Below are positions 11,719 to 24,994 of a DNA stretch of 64,000 nucleotides, in pieces; position 1 is the first letter of the stretch; each line of letters opens with the position of its first letter. Under the pieces are notes generated by a model, which had not been told where the DNA came from, ran no database searches, and saw nothing but the letters and a program-made list of their open reading frames with translations. A program made the position numbers and the translations under genes. Source of the DNA: Elsinoe ampelina (taxonomy: Eukaryota); assembly GCA_010093995.1 (NCBI GenBank), contig ML992502.1, forward strand, positions 199,868-263,867. Reading direction: 5' to 3'.

Positions 11719-13833
11719 GGTGTACAGTCGGTGATGAGAGTGATAAAGTCCTACAGCAATGCCAGGGTGTGGATGTTGGTGACAGGATCGACGTTTCTGG
11801 CAGTTCTGTACAATGTTTCACAGGCGCGTCTACGGGAGATGTTGTGCAGCCGGTGGAAATGCGGTAGCTGGAGCTTAGAGTATGGTGATTATGGCTGGCA
11901 AGGAGGTGCGGAATGAAGGCGGTAGTAGCCTTGCTTGGATCGACAGGCAAGGGGGTTCGTCGATGGCGTCGTCGCAGAGAATAGCTGGTAGTATACAGTA
12001 CAGGCCGTCGATGAATGATGAAAAATGTAGTCGTTAGATGAATTGCGAGATGGTTGGAGAAGAGCGGGCAAGGTTGAGACAACAGAGAGGTGTTGCTGCA
12101 CCTGGCCGGAAGATTTGGGTGGACGATAGCAACGGCGCAAAGCGATCCGGGACCTCTGCTTCAAGCTAAGGTAGCTTCGCGACCGACAAAAAAAAAGTTG
12201 TAGCTTTGTCGTGAGCTTCCGACAAACAGAATAGCCAGGGAAACAGAAAAAGGAATATTGTTACAACACCACAATGTCGTCTATCGGATGATGGTATTCG
12301 GAATCAGTGGTGGGTTCGGTGAGAGATGAAAGTTGGGATTTGATGACGAAGTGAAGAAGGCAAGAGACCGTCTGAGCACAAAGGAGGCCGGAACAGAGAC
12401 GCGAGCTCTGCCTCTCTCTCTCATCACAGGAGGACGAGAAGCAAGGGGGGAATTTCTGACAGGCAACGCTAGGCAGAGGCAGAACAAATCGGGGACGCTA
12501 AACGCAGCTCGCATTCTGGAAAAGCAGTTGGCGCCTGATCTTGATTGGTGTAATTTGGTATGGGACGTCAAAAGAGGTCTAGTTCATTTCCGGTCCGAAA
12601 ACCTTTTCAGTGTCAAATTATTATTGCTGTGCATCATCATCTCCAATCCTGCGCTTGCCCTAAGCCGAGCTCTTTCGTAACAGTTTGGTCCAGGATAATC
12701 ATTTCATGGATCATGCGGCTCCCTCGACTACATCTAGTCAGCATTTCAAGCATTGATATATCCCTTGATACTCCGGCCCTGACCATGTTTTGTATGCATC
12801 AACAGCATCTCTCTCCTGAAACCGAGAGCTCTACGCGGGCCTTGCAGATCGGATCGTCGTCACAAGCTGCAGCTTCCATATTTCTCATGCAGACTTCTGA
12901 CGCACAAGACCCACTTCTACTCGTGGTCGGTCCACTCTAGCCTAGAGCCAATCACGGCGCGATTGCTCCTCCGCTTGTCCCTGACCAGGATCTTGGGCCG
13001 ATAGGCAGGGCCGGGACTCTTCAGGGGTCAAATTGCTCGTGTTTGCAGCAGCAAACAATATCACCATGGCGGGGGGACAGACACCGCCACGTCCAGGGCG
13101 ATGAGCGGCGAGACGAATAATACAACCACAGTACGGCATGCAACGGACCAGCTCGGTCAAGCGCGCTTCTCAGTAATGACTTACGAGCATCCTCAACGGC
13201 CTCGTTTGCTTTCGTGTTGCGATCTCCCATGGCACGGACTATCCTCTGTCTCTTGACTCCTTGGAAGCGGGGGCTCTGACGCGGGGGCATCGCCTTTGTC
13301 GAGAGCATTGCTTTTTATGCCTAGACTCCGAGATGCCAGTCGACATCGCTTGCTCCAATAATTGCCATTTGTTTTTCTGAGGCAGATAGTTACCAGCCGG
13401 ATGCTCTTCCGAGCAAGCTCCGAAACGCCTATCGCTTTGCTTTTGCTGCAGCTACTTATCACTCCAGTGCCGTCGTCGGGGACGCCTTGTGTTCCCGCGG
13501 GAAACTACCAGCCAGCCGGATCTTTTGTCCTCAAGCCCTGGGCGCCTCGATCCAGATGGCTGTCATTCCAGAAGTCGGCTCGGGGACGGCTCGCTACCAA
13601 TATGCCAGAGATGGTACACAAACTACCAGAAACGTTAGGGCGAAATAAATGGTCTACAAGTAAAAATCATGATCAGGCCTGGTAGTGTAACACGTGGGAA
13701 CTGCTAAGTTACCAGCTAGATCATCTCCTGGCTGTGGACCAAGCATTTACACTCTATCACATAATGTCTACACCGCAGGGTAGATACCCCTACCACGCTC
13801 CCGTCTAATGCACCGTGCCATCTCCAACACCCA

Positions 13834-15285
13834 TCACAACCTCCCCCTCCCCTCCCTCCCCATCTCCTCCCCCAACCTCATCCCCTTCCTCCCCCCTCTC
13901 CAATCCACACTCCACACCAACCCCTCCCTCACATCCCTCTCGCTCCTCTCGCTACATTTCTCCCTCGGCCAATCCCACTGCTCCCCCCTCCCAAACCCAC
14001 ACCCCACCTCCTCCCCTCTGATCCTGTTGATTACCTTCTCCCCCAGCACAGGCGCGAACTTGAACGCGTGTCCACTGCCACCCGTCGCTATGAACAAACC
14101 AGGGTAAGCCGGGTGGTGGTCGATGATCCAGTTGCTGGTGGGCGTGTCGAGGTACCAGCAGATTCTGGCGGAAGTGAACGCCCGGCCCGCGAGGGAGGGG
14201 AAGGTTTGGGAGAGGAAGGTGCGGAGGGCGGTGCGTGCTTCGGGGGGCAGGGCGGATTCGGGGTCTGAGGGCGCGGGGTGGTTGTAGATGGTGGAGGGGA
14301 GGGAGGTGGTGATGGTTTCTTCTCCTTGGGCTGGGGAGGGGGAGGGGTTGGGGATGGTGCGTGGGTTGGCGTAGCCGTAGCCGTGGCGGGCGACTTTGAG
14401 TTCGTTGTTGGAGGGGGTGATGATGAAGAGGCCGGTGGATTCGTTGAGGATGGTGGGGTTGGTGGAGAGGCGGCTTTGTTCGGTGGGTGAGAGGGGAAGG
14501 TATGCGAGGATCTGACCTGTTGCTGAGGCTCGCCCGCGCATATCGACGAGCGAGGGTGTCCATGCGCCAGTGGCGAGAATGGTCAGGTCGGCGTGGAGAG
14601 TGGTACCATCTTTGAGGGTCGCGCCAGATACGTTATGCCCAGAAGGTGATGAAGAGGTTGGCGTATAGAGGAGCTTCGTGACTTGAGCTGTGATGAACTC
14701 GACCCGACCTGTGGCAGCAACCTTTTCCCGGAGCTTGATCATGCTACCACACGCATCTGCCCAGCCGGACCGACGATTGATGTAGCCCAGATCTGCGTCA
14801 AAGTCCGGCTTTGCCTTGCTATCCGATGGCTGAATAAACAGGCCTCGCAATGCTTCACTCGTTGGTAGGACGTCCACATCCACCCCTGGCTTCAGTCCCA
14901 ATCTTCGAACATTCTCGAGACTCTTCCGCATGTACTCCTGACCTGTGAGGTTGGCTCCACTAGTCTGTGCAGCTTCCGATGGGTTCTTGATGGCTATAGC
15001 GAGTCCGTCCTCGTGGTAGACACCCTCGCCCCACCATGAGTTTCGCCACAGATCTTGTGCCTCGAGACATAATTGAGCATAAGCGATATCTGCGTAGTCG
15101 GCTCGAACTATGCGTGAGGTGTCGATTGAGCTTCCATCTGGCGGCGGGAAGGGAGATCTGTCGACGAGCGTGATCTTTGTTGAGACATAGGCAGGATGTT
15201 GTGTGAGATGATAAGCGGTTGAGAGACCAAAGACTCCGGAACCTAGAATGAGAATGGAGGAAGGGTCTTGCTCTGTGGGTGCCAT
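13834..15285 (-). CDS. FAD-dependent oxidase of the sarcosine/pipecolate/fructosyl-amino-acid oxidase family
   Basis: Rossmann motif ILILGSGVFGLSTA, DTSRIVRADY, CWYLDTP (flavin-attachment Cys), ATGGSGHAFKFAP. ATG at 15285 (MAPTEQD). Confidence 0.9.
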   Translation of the reverse strand: MAPTEQDPSSILILGSGVFGLSTAYHLTQHPAYVSTKITLVDRSPFPPPDGSSIDTSRIVRADYADIAYAQLCLEAQDLWRNSWWGEGVYHEDGLAIAIKNPSEAAQTSGANLTGQEYMRKSLENVRRLGLKPGVDVDVLPTSEALRGLFIQPSDSKAKPDFDADLGYINRRSGWADACGSMIKLREKVAATGRVEFITAQVTKLLYTPTSSSPSGHNVSGATLKDGTTLHADLTILATGAWTPSLVDMRGRASATGQILAYLPLSPTEQSRLSTNPTILNESTGLFIITPSNNELKVARHGYGYANPRTIPNPSPSPAQGEETITTSLPSTIYNHPAPSDPESALPPEARTALRTFLSQTFPSLAGRAFTSARICWYLDTPTSNWIIDHHPAYPGLFIATGGSGHAFKFAPVLGEKVINRIRGEEVGCGFGRGEQWDWPREKCSERSERDVREGLVWSVDWRGGRKGMRLGEEMGREGRGRL

Positions 15286-15716
15286 GTGGCTATATAGTAC
15301 TGAAGAAGATATGTACAGATACAGAGAAAATATCGGGGTGCTTTTCAGCGTGTCTAAACACTTACAGATGTATACTTGACGACATTGACAAAATTTTGAT
15401 ACTGCATTGATAGCCTTCTGGCTTGCATCGGCTTTTGACGTGCCGAAATCGGATGTCACGTCTTCAGTAGTTGATCTGTACCTCGTCATTGACATTGATG
15501 TGTAAACACTTACGTGGCAGCACAGTACCTCGACTATCTCAAGCAATCGAAGCGAGTCTCTGAATGCTCTGTGTCATGATTGATGACCCCGGCTTGGTAG
15601 TAATACGCACGAACTTCGGCCTATGAAATCCGGCCTCGGCTTTGCTCGACCTCCAAAACCTGTCCTCCAAAGCCAACACCCTTTGCTCATCCCCACCTCA
15701 CCCCCACCACCATCCC

Positions 15717-16808
15717 ATGCTCCGCCCTCGCCTGCCTCCCTCCCGCCCCCTCACTCAAACCCGCCATGCCTCCACCCGCCACTTCCTCGACATCCAGGGC
15801 CGCATCCGCAGACCCCCCTCCTACCCCGACCCCAAAGTCGAAGCAGCATCCCGACAAGCCCTGCAAGAAAAAATAGCCCGATGGCGCACCTGGCCGCTCA
15901 GCTTCGGCATCCTCACCGCCGGCGCTCTAGGTCTGTACCTCAGTCTCCTGATCGCTTCGACCACAAAGGAATCCGACAAAACCATTCCCGCGCCCAAAAC
16001 CCAGTCCGAGTTGACCGAAGTCTACGATCGCACAGCCAAGAGCTTCGACGCGGACGTCAACCTCTCCGAACGCCTGATGGGGATCACGCGGGTGCGCAAG
16101 GGCCTCGCATCGCAGTGTCGCGGGCACGTGTTGGAAGTAAGCTGCGGTACGGCGAGGAATTTGGGGTACTACCGCTTCGGCAGCGAGGACGGGGTGAAGA
16201 GCCTGACACTAGCGGATTTGAGTCTGCAGATGGTGGAGCAGGGACGACTGAAGTGGTTTGCGCTGAGAGATCAGGGGAGGTTGGTGGGAGAGATCGGCAA
16301 GGTGCAGGTGAGGTTTTGGAAGGGGGATGTCAAGGGGGAGATGCCGCCGCCGCCGTTGCAGGAGGGGGACAAGAGGCCCCAGGGGTATGATACGATTATC
16401 CAGAGTATGGGTCTGTGTAGTACGGATGAGCCGGTGGAGTTGTTGAGGAATCTGTCCGGGTACCTCAATCCGAGCAATCCGGATGCGAGGATCTTGCTGC
16501 TGGAGCACGGGAGGAGTTACTTCAACTGGTGGAATGGTGTGCTGGATTCTCAGGCGGCGATGCATGCTAGTAAGCACGGGTGCTGGTGGAACAGGGACAT
16601 TGGCGAAATCGTGAAGGAGAGTGGGCTGGAGGTTGTAAGAGAGAGACGAAACAATTTTGGCACGACTTGGATCTTTGAGCTGAAGCCTGTCAAAAAGGCT
16701 GAGCCAGGACCGGATTCTACTGGAGAAGCGCCGTCCGAAGCTGGTACTGGGGCAGGATGGTCAAATTGGTTGCCACGATGGACGTACGAGAAGATATGCA
16801 AGCAGTGA
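15717..16808 (+). CDS. OMS1: Mitochondrial SAM-dependent methyltransferase, Oms1-like
   Basis: Arg-rich presequence MLRPRLPPSR, one TM helix, VLEVSCGTARN motif I, YDTIIQSMGLCS, LLLEHGRS, HGCWWNRDI. Confidence 0.8.
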   Translation: MLRPRLPPSRPLTQTRHASTRHFLDIQGRIRRPPSYPDPKVEAASRQALQEKIARWRTWPLSFGILTAGALGLYLSLLIASTTKESDKTIPAPKTQSELTEVYDRTAKSFDADVNLSERLMGITRVRKGLASQCRGHVLEVSCGTARNLGYYRFGSEDGVKSLTLADLSLQMVEQGRLKWFALRDQGRLVGEIGKVQVRFWKGDVKGEMPPPPLQEGDKRPQGYDTIIQSMGLCSTDEPVELLRNLSGYLNPSNPDARILLLEHGRSYFNWWNGVLDSQAAMHASKHGCWWNRDIGEIVKESGLEVVRERRNNFGTTWIFELKPVKKAEPGPDSTGEAPSEAGTGAGWSNWLPRWTYEKICKQ

Positions 16809-17800
16809 AGCTGGCTTCTGCTAGGTCGACAAGCAAAGTCTAGCGGTTTTGCATCAAATGTTCGGCAGCACAAGCGACTTCACAGTTGCGGAGATCTGCT
16901 CAGGTTGGATACACCAGTGCGCCCGCTCGCATTCAAGCCGCCTACGCCGACGACTATCGCGCTCGAATTCAGATGTAGAAGAGCTACAGACAACCTCACA
17001 CCCCAGAGCTGAGCCATTGCGTTCGTGGCGCGACACACCCCAACTTTCAGGCAGCGGTCTGACGACCGGCCAGGCTGTCAGTACCAGCAGCACGAGTGAG
17101 CTGGATTAGAGATGAAGCTAGCCAAGAGGATTTGGCAGGGAGGAGAAGACCCAAGAGCATGAGGGGTGAGGGTAGCGGTAGGGTACAAATGCAGGGTCGG
17201 AAGTGGTAGAGTGCTTCAAAAGACACTGACGACAAGCCGCAAAAATCAGATTGCTGCTGTCAGGACAATGATATATCGGACAGGACAGTTGATGATAACA
17301 TGACAAATCTTATTAGCCAGCTAGATAACCAGCAACTAAGTATGCCATCACACCATGCCTCGTGAAAAGACACAAGACATTAACCTTCTTTGCGTGCCGA
17401 CCTCGCACCTTTCCTTGATCGACACGCTCAAATGTGACCAGTCTGTACCGCCCACCAGAAAAAACCTCGCGACCGTGAGTCATCAAAAAAGGTTGCCGCT
17501 ACTATGCGCAGCGACGACGAAAGCATTGAAAGAGACCTTTGCTCCGTCTAGCCCCTTACTCCCTCGTTGTGGAATATCCTGGCCTTCGTCGGGAAAGAAA
17601 ACTTGTCGACGTGCCTTTCTAATATTGTAACATGTTCTTACTTGTCCGTGGCTAAAACCGATGGTGCCAGGACGCTTGACCGAAACTCCTCGCCATGCAA
17701 ATTCAAATGTAGTTGAAGACCGTTGATTGGCCTTGTGAGATGACTGTGTCGTGGCGGGCTGTTGCCACGCTCAGACGACGTTGATATTGGTACATGTGCT

Positions 17801-18735
17801 TCAAGACTTGCGGAAGTCTGACAGCACGGGGTAGATGAGCTCGAAAGCTTGGTAGATCTCCTCACGGACTTTTGCGCCAGTGAGGACAATCTTGCCGGAG
17901 ACGAAGATGAGAAGCACCTGGGACGTGTTAGTGCATGATAAGAGAGGACGGCAAAAGGAGACAAACAATCTTGGGCTTCATCATCCGGTAGATCAGACCG
18001 GGGAATAGTTCAGGCTCGTAAGAGCTGAACATGTGATGGCGAGATGCCAGACCCTCCAAACGAATGGGGAACTTGATGTCGCACGAGCCGACAATGTTCT
18101 GGATCTTGAAGTCGGTGAACTTTGCGTTGAAGCCAAGCTTCTGGATGATGCGAGCGTACTTGCGCGAAGCCAGTTTTGAATCGTCTTCGGACTTGGCGCC
18201 GGTGACGACCATCTTGCCCGAGGCGAAGATAAGAGCCGTGGTCTTTGGTTCGCGGATGCGCATGATGACGGCAGCAAAACGCTAGACAAGTTTAGCAAAG
18301 ATTCAGACAACAAGCAACAACTTGGATGTCTGTACCTTTGGATTATACTCGGCATTACGGGCGTGCAGGGCAATCGTCTTCAGGTCAAGCCTGCAGTCGA
18401 GATTGACAGTAGCGACGATGTTCCTTGACAGACGTCAACACATGATTCACGTGAAATGGACATGAGAGTACTCACTGCAACGTCGGTACGATCCCGCTAG
18501 TTCCCTGAGGAGCGCCAGGCGTGGCAGCAGGCGTGGTGGGTGTCACCCCAGTGCCTTGAGAGGCATTCTGACCATTGCCGTATCCGTTGTAGCCGTTTGT
18601 CTGCTGGTGACCATCTTTCTCAGATGAAGGCGGAGTGAGCTCTCCGGCGCCGCCTGGGAAGGACAAAGAAGCTGGTGCGGTGAAGGCCTTTGCCTGCTGC
18701 GCAGTCGCGGGGTGCGAGATGATACCGGAATCCAT
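17801..18735 (-). CDS. SPT15: TATA-binding protein (4 coding exons)
   Basis: [14 protein letters not shown]...[38 protein letters not shown]...[33 protein letters not shown]. Introns 18424-18475, 18282-18335, 17918-17966. Confidence 0.97.
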
Positions 18736-20714
18736 GATCATGGACGTTGCAGTGGTGTCGACGAAAAGCTAAGCTGATCGAAGAGATGTGGTGGGCAGTC
18801 TGATTCACAAGACTGTTAGATAAAACGTCGGTTTCGCACTGGTAGGTAGGAGGGAGGATGAATCGTATTCTTGCGCGAGGACAATAGACGGTGTGCCTGC
18901 GGTGACTATGGACTTGATGGAATGGAGTCGTACCGTGAGCAGGAGATGAACAACCGAATGTGTCTCCAACTGGATTCACTGCCGTGCCGAAGCTGAGCGG
19001 TGACGGGGGGGTTTAATTATGCGTCGCGATGATGACCGTGGACGAGAGGTGAGGCGAAGGCGATGAGCCAGCAAGCCTTCGAAGAGAGATGTGATGAAGG
19101 TGAGGTGAGGTGAGGTGTGGTAGTAATTGTGGTCGACGAAGCCGAAAAGCTGACGCCTGAGGGTGACGACCGGAAACGGCGCGAGTGCCAAGAGAAAAAA
19201 ATCTCTTTCCTCTTTCTCTTCTCTCAGAGAGCGGATATGCGCTGCGGTGGGCAAGCACACTTCGAAAATCCCAAAGATGATCGAAATCTGATCTTTCAAA
19301 TGCGACGAGCGCGTATGAAAGTTTGCGAGATGCAAAAAGAGAGAATTTTGATGATATGAAAGTTGCAAAGTTGGCCGACAGCAGCTCAACAGTCACAGGC
19401 GCGCAAAGGGCTCGAAAAATAGGGCGAGGGCGGAGGGCGGTACTTATACCCCGGGGTGCACTCAGGAGAAGAAGAAAGCCTAGTCCTAATGCGGGTTTAG
19501 CTCGGATGACTCGAAGCGTTCATTTTTTTGGTCGTCCAATCAAAGTTTGCGCTTCGGTCCAACGATTCAGCTTGTCTCTTTTCCGCAGCGCAAATTTGAG
19601 CCGCCTCCCTCCAAGGCCGCGCATCCCTGTCTTCATGTGCGCCAGATGAAACGAGCATGTGTTTGCTGGACATGTCGTGCAAATGTTTCAACGAAACATC
19701 CTACCAGAGCCGCAGCCAAAAGACACTGTCACTGGCTTCTTTTCAGCCGTCCCTGGTAGGAGGTTCCTGCGACAGCGATCCAGCGCGTTGGGTCTGCCTG
19801 AGCTGCTACTCCTCCTCTCCACCCGCAATATAAATCTGATAGGGACCTGCTGGCGCTTGACTCTGTGGCTTCAGCTGGTGCAGATCTCCCAAGATTAGCT
19901 TGTCCGCCTCAAAATGTCCTTCGACAATAGACTCGCAATAGTGCTTGCTATTGTCTGTTGTTAAGAGCACACGAGACAGACAAGTCCGCTGGTAGGATCA
20001 AGGAATGGCCTTTGCGACAATACCAGGATTCATGCATCCCACCAACGTGGTCGCAAGCGTGTCTGCCGCCGTGCAAGGTGTCACTTCGTTTGCGCCGCAT
20101 CACGCGCCAGTCCCTGGTCTGCTACTCTGAGAGTAGTTGGGCGACCATTGGTAAGAGACACTTCAGATTGTGACAGCACACGGAGTCGTTGTTGCAGGAA
20201 GTGTGTCTGTATCCACACTGTCCACCGTTCATGTCGCAAAACGATGCGATGACAGTTGAAGAAGAGCAATTTTGGATATCAAAATCACCAAGTGGCATCA
20301 TCTTTTTTCCATTCCAGACAAGCTTTCTGCTGGTCCGGCAACGGTGCAGATCTGGACCTCGCTGAAGCCGTGGAGAGGAGAGGAGACAGGACTCTGGAGC
20401 CGCTCTCGCTTGGAAGTTCCACTGGTTCCGTTTTGCTTTTCATCCGACGTGGGGAGATTATTCGCAAAAGTGGTGCGAGGGCTGAGGGTCGGTCAAGTGG
20501 TCTGACTGACGTCGTTGGCAGCTCATGCATCGCAGTGCCCTGAAAGACACCGGCCAACAACCAGAGCCCCGCCCAAAACATTCAGTTGCCTGCAAAATTA
20601 CCTACTTTCTCTCCATCACTGGCGATCTCCGTAGCTGTAACGCTCGACTACACTACATATATAATCTGATACATCGCAATTACCACCAGCCTCATTTGTT
20701 CACTCACCGCAAGT

Positions 20715-21982
20715 ATGAGTTCCGAAAAAGAGGGAGCAGCTGTGCCGCCACAGGCCAAAGGCTCATGGTCTTCTTTCCTCAAGGCAAGTCCTACCAGTCC
20801 ACAGTGATCGCCAGGTACTGACAGTATTCTTAGTCGATAGCTTCATTCAACGGCGACCTCTCGTCCATGACCGCCCCGGCTTTCATCCTCAGTACTACCT
20901 CACTCACAGAATTCTCCGCATACTGGTCCGAGATGCCCCAGCTCTTGGTCGCACCGGCCGCCGAGAAGGACCCTCAGAAAAGAGCCATGCTTGTTCTCAA
21001 GTGGTTCCTGTCCACCCTCAAGCAGCAGTACAGCAGCAGGAACGAGAAGCTTGGATCCGAAAAGAAGCCGCTCAACCCCTTCCTTGGAGAGCTCTTTATT
21101 GGAAAATGGGAGGATGCCGCAGGCGAGACACAACTGGTCTCTGAGCAAGTATCGCATCATCCACCCGTCACTGCATACTCGATATGGAACAAGAAACATG
21201 GCGTGAGACTGGAAGGTTACAACGCTCAAAAGGCATCCTTCGGCCGCACCATCAATGTCAAGCAAGTCGGCCATGCAAAGTTGACAATCGACGCATTCAA
21301 CGAATCATACTTGATCACACTACCAGCGCTACACATCGAAGGTCTGATTTCGGGCAGCCCCTTCGTGGAGCTGGAGAAGAGCACGTATATTGTGTCGAGC
21401 ACTGGCTTCACGAGCAAGATTGACTACAGTGGACGCGGCTGGTTGAGCGGGAAGAAGAATACATTCACTGCGACAATGTACCCCAGCGGCAAGGAGAAGG
21501 AGACAATCTACGTGGTCGAGGGACATTGGACAGACAATTTCACCGTTAAGGACGGAAAGAAGAACACCGTTGACTCGTACGATGCGAAAAAGACACCCAA
21601 GACCCCTCTGAAGGTCAAGCCTGTCGAAGAGCAGGACCCACTGGAGAGCCGGAGAGCTTGGGGCAAGGTAGCCAAGGCCATTGAAAAGGGCGACCTGAAC
21701 ACCACCAGCCACGAGAAGACGATAATTGAAGAAGAGCAGCGGGCACTCCGGAAGAAGGAAAAGGAGGAGGGTAAGGAATGGCAGCGACGTTTCTTCACAA
21801 GAGTGGAAAAGGATGAGGTCTTTGAGAAGCTTATCAAGGAGGTACCAGGTGGCTCCATCGAGGCCGACCAGACAAACGGTATCTGGGTGTTCGACCCCAA
21901 GAAAGCAACGGGTATGTTGAGCTACGAAAGACTAGCTTCGTATTTGTACTGACACCTACCAGAGCAAAAGTACGATGTATGA
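20715..21982 (+). CDS. KES1: Oxysterol-binding protein, Kes1/Osh4 ortholog
   Basis: Exon 1 ends SWSSFLK and joins SIASFNGDLSSMTAP across a GC-AG intron (20784-20833); OSBP signature EQVSHHPP and KKPLNPFLGE; probable last intron 21912-21962. Confidence 0.93.
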
Positions 21983-22239
21983 TTTACAACGACGGTTTAC
22001 GATGAACAGGCAGTACATTTTCGTCTCGCCAAAGCTTGACATATCAAAGGCACCACGACCGCACGATGTGTAGAAACAGAAAACAATGCCAAAGTATTGC
22101 ACACTTGACATCTATCTATGGTGCCCATGTAGCCCCACGTTCACCACCCCTGTTAGCCCGACACATCCTCCTCTTAAAACCCCTCCCCTTCTTCCAACCC
22201 CTTCCAGCTCCCCAACCGACCCCCTCCTTCCCGCCTGCC

Positions 22240-24039
<1,800 letters not shown>

Positions 24040-24460
24040 TCAGTAATATTGTACTGTGGCGCTCTGCTATGTCTACAGTCGTATTATGAGGATGTTCCCT
24101 ACAACTCCAGATGTGGTCGCTGAGTTTTGTCCACAAAGACACGGGATTTGCAGGATTAGCACGACGCGTATATAGCTACGAAATCCGTCTTGAGAATCGA
24201 GATAATGAGATTGATTGGAAGTTGAAGACCGCCGATAGTAATGCTGTTCGTGATGGCGTGATACAACATGGTGCATTATTGGCGGGGTGTGGGGCGAGTG
24301 TCGGCATCGCGGCCCGGGTAAAAAAAAAAAGGGGTTGAGGGGGTCCCCCATCACATTTGCTCACTTGCATTTTCGGTCATATCTCCACCAAAACTAATTC
24401 AATCGGCTCCAAACTTCGAGAGCCGATAGATCTCATCGTTTTGCACCGACGGATATGCTC

Positions 24461-24473
24461 AAAAACGCAAAAA
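24461..24473 (-). terminator. Pol III oligo-T terminator of tRNA-Thr(AGT)
   Basis: TTTTT-GCG-TTTTT on the minus strand, starting 2 nt after the discriminator base. Confidence 0.75.
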
Positions 24474-24474
24474 T

Positions 24475-24635
24475 TGCTTCTCACAGGAATCGAACCTGTG
24501 ACCTCGTCATTTCGACCGAGAGCAACCCGAAGAACGAGTGCCAAGACTACTAGTGACGCGCTCTACCCTTCAAGGTGTTAGCTTTATTCCTGTGTTGTTC
24601 AGGAAGTGTGGAAACTCACACTGAGCTAGAGAAGC
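24475..24635 (-). tRNA. tRNA-Thr(AGT) with two introns: spliceosomal-type insert in the D-loop (24568-24619) and a canonical 37/38 intron (24511-24547)
   Basis: Exons 24635-24620, 24567-24548 and 24510-24475 join to 72 nt: GCTTCTC TA GCTC AGT/GGTA GAGC G CGTCA CT AGT A/A TGACG AGGTC ACAGG TTCGATT CCTGT GAGAAGC A. All four stems pair perfectly; B box present; two T5 runs downstream. Confidence 0.92.
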
Positions 24636-24994
24636 ACGTTTTTGATGGGAGACCGCAAGGTAGCAAATTATATGTAGTTTTGTGTGGCTCGGCCGCTTAC
24701 GGCGCACGGACCGTCCCCTCCCGAATCCACGGAACATCTGAACATGTACTTTGCGTGTGAGATCACCACATCTACCCTGACATAATTCGATCAGTACCTG
24801 CCTCAATTACACTGTAGGGCGCCAGAACATGGAATACCTCGTGAGAGATAATATGTAATTGGCGGGCAACTATATCAAGATTTGAGGTCGTCAATCGCAC
24901 CTCAGCCACGCAAGCAATTGTCGAATTGCTTCAATAAGACCCGGCTCTGGTGAGAATTGCAGGGCGAATAGTACAATATATTGATCACCCGGTC

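Noticed and set aside
19491..19670. GCGGGTTTAGCTC resembles the 5' end of fungal tRNA-Phe, with GCGCCAGATGAA at 19639-19650
   Set aside because: No T-arm/B box, no complementary acceptor 3' strand, a T7 run follows soon after and there are no splice signals. Chance or an unrecoverable relic.
24253..24262. ATGGCGTGAT upstream of the arylsulfatase resembles the CYS3/MetR site ATGRYRYCAT
   Set aside because: Single copy with one mismatch; expected by chance.
24511..24547. The anticodon-loop intron of tRNA-Thr(AGT) starts with GT and might also be spliceosomal
   Set aside because: It ends GAA rather than AG, has no CTRAC branch, is only 37 nt and sits at the canonical 37/38 site, so it is an ordinary endonuclease intron.
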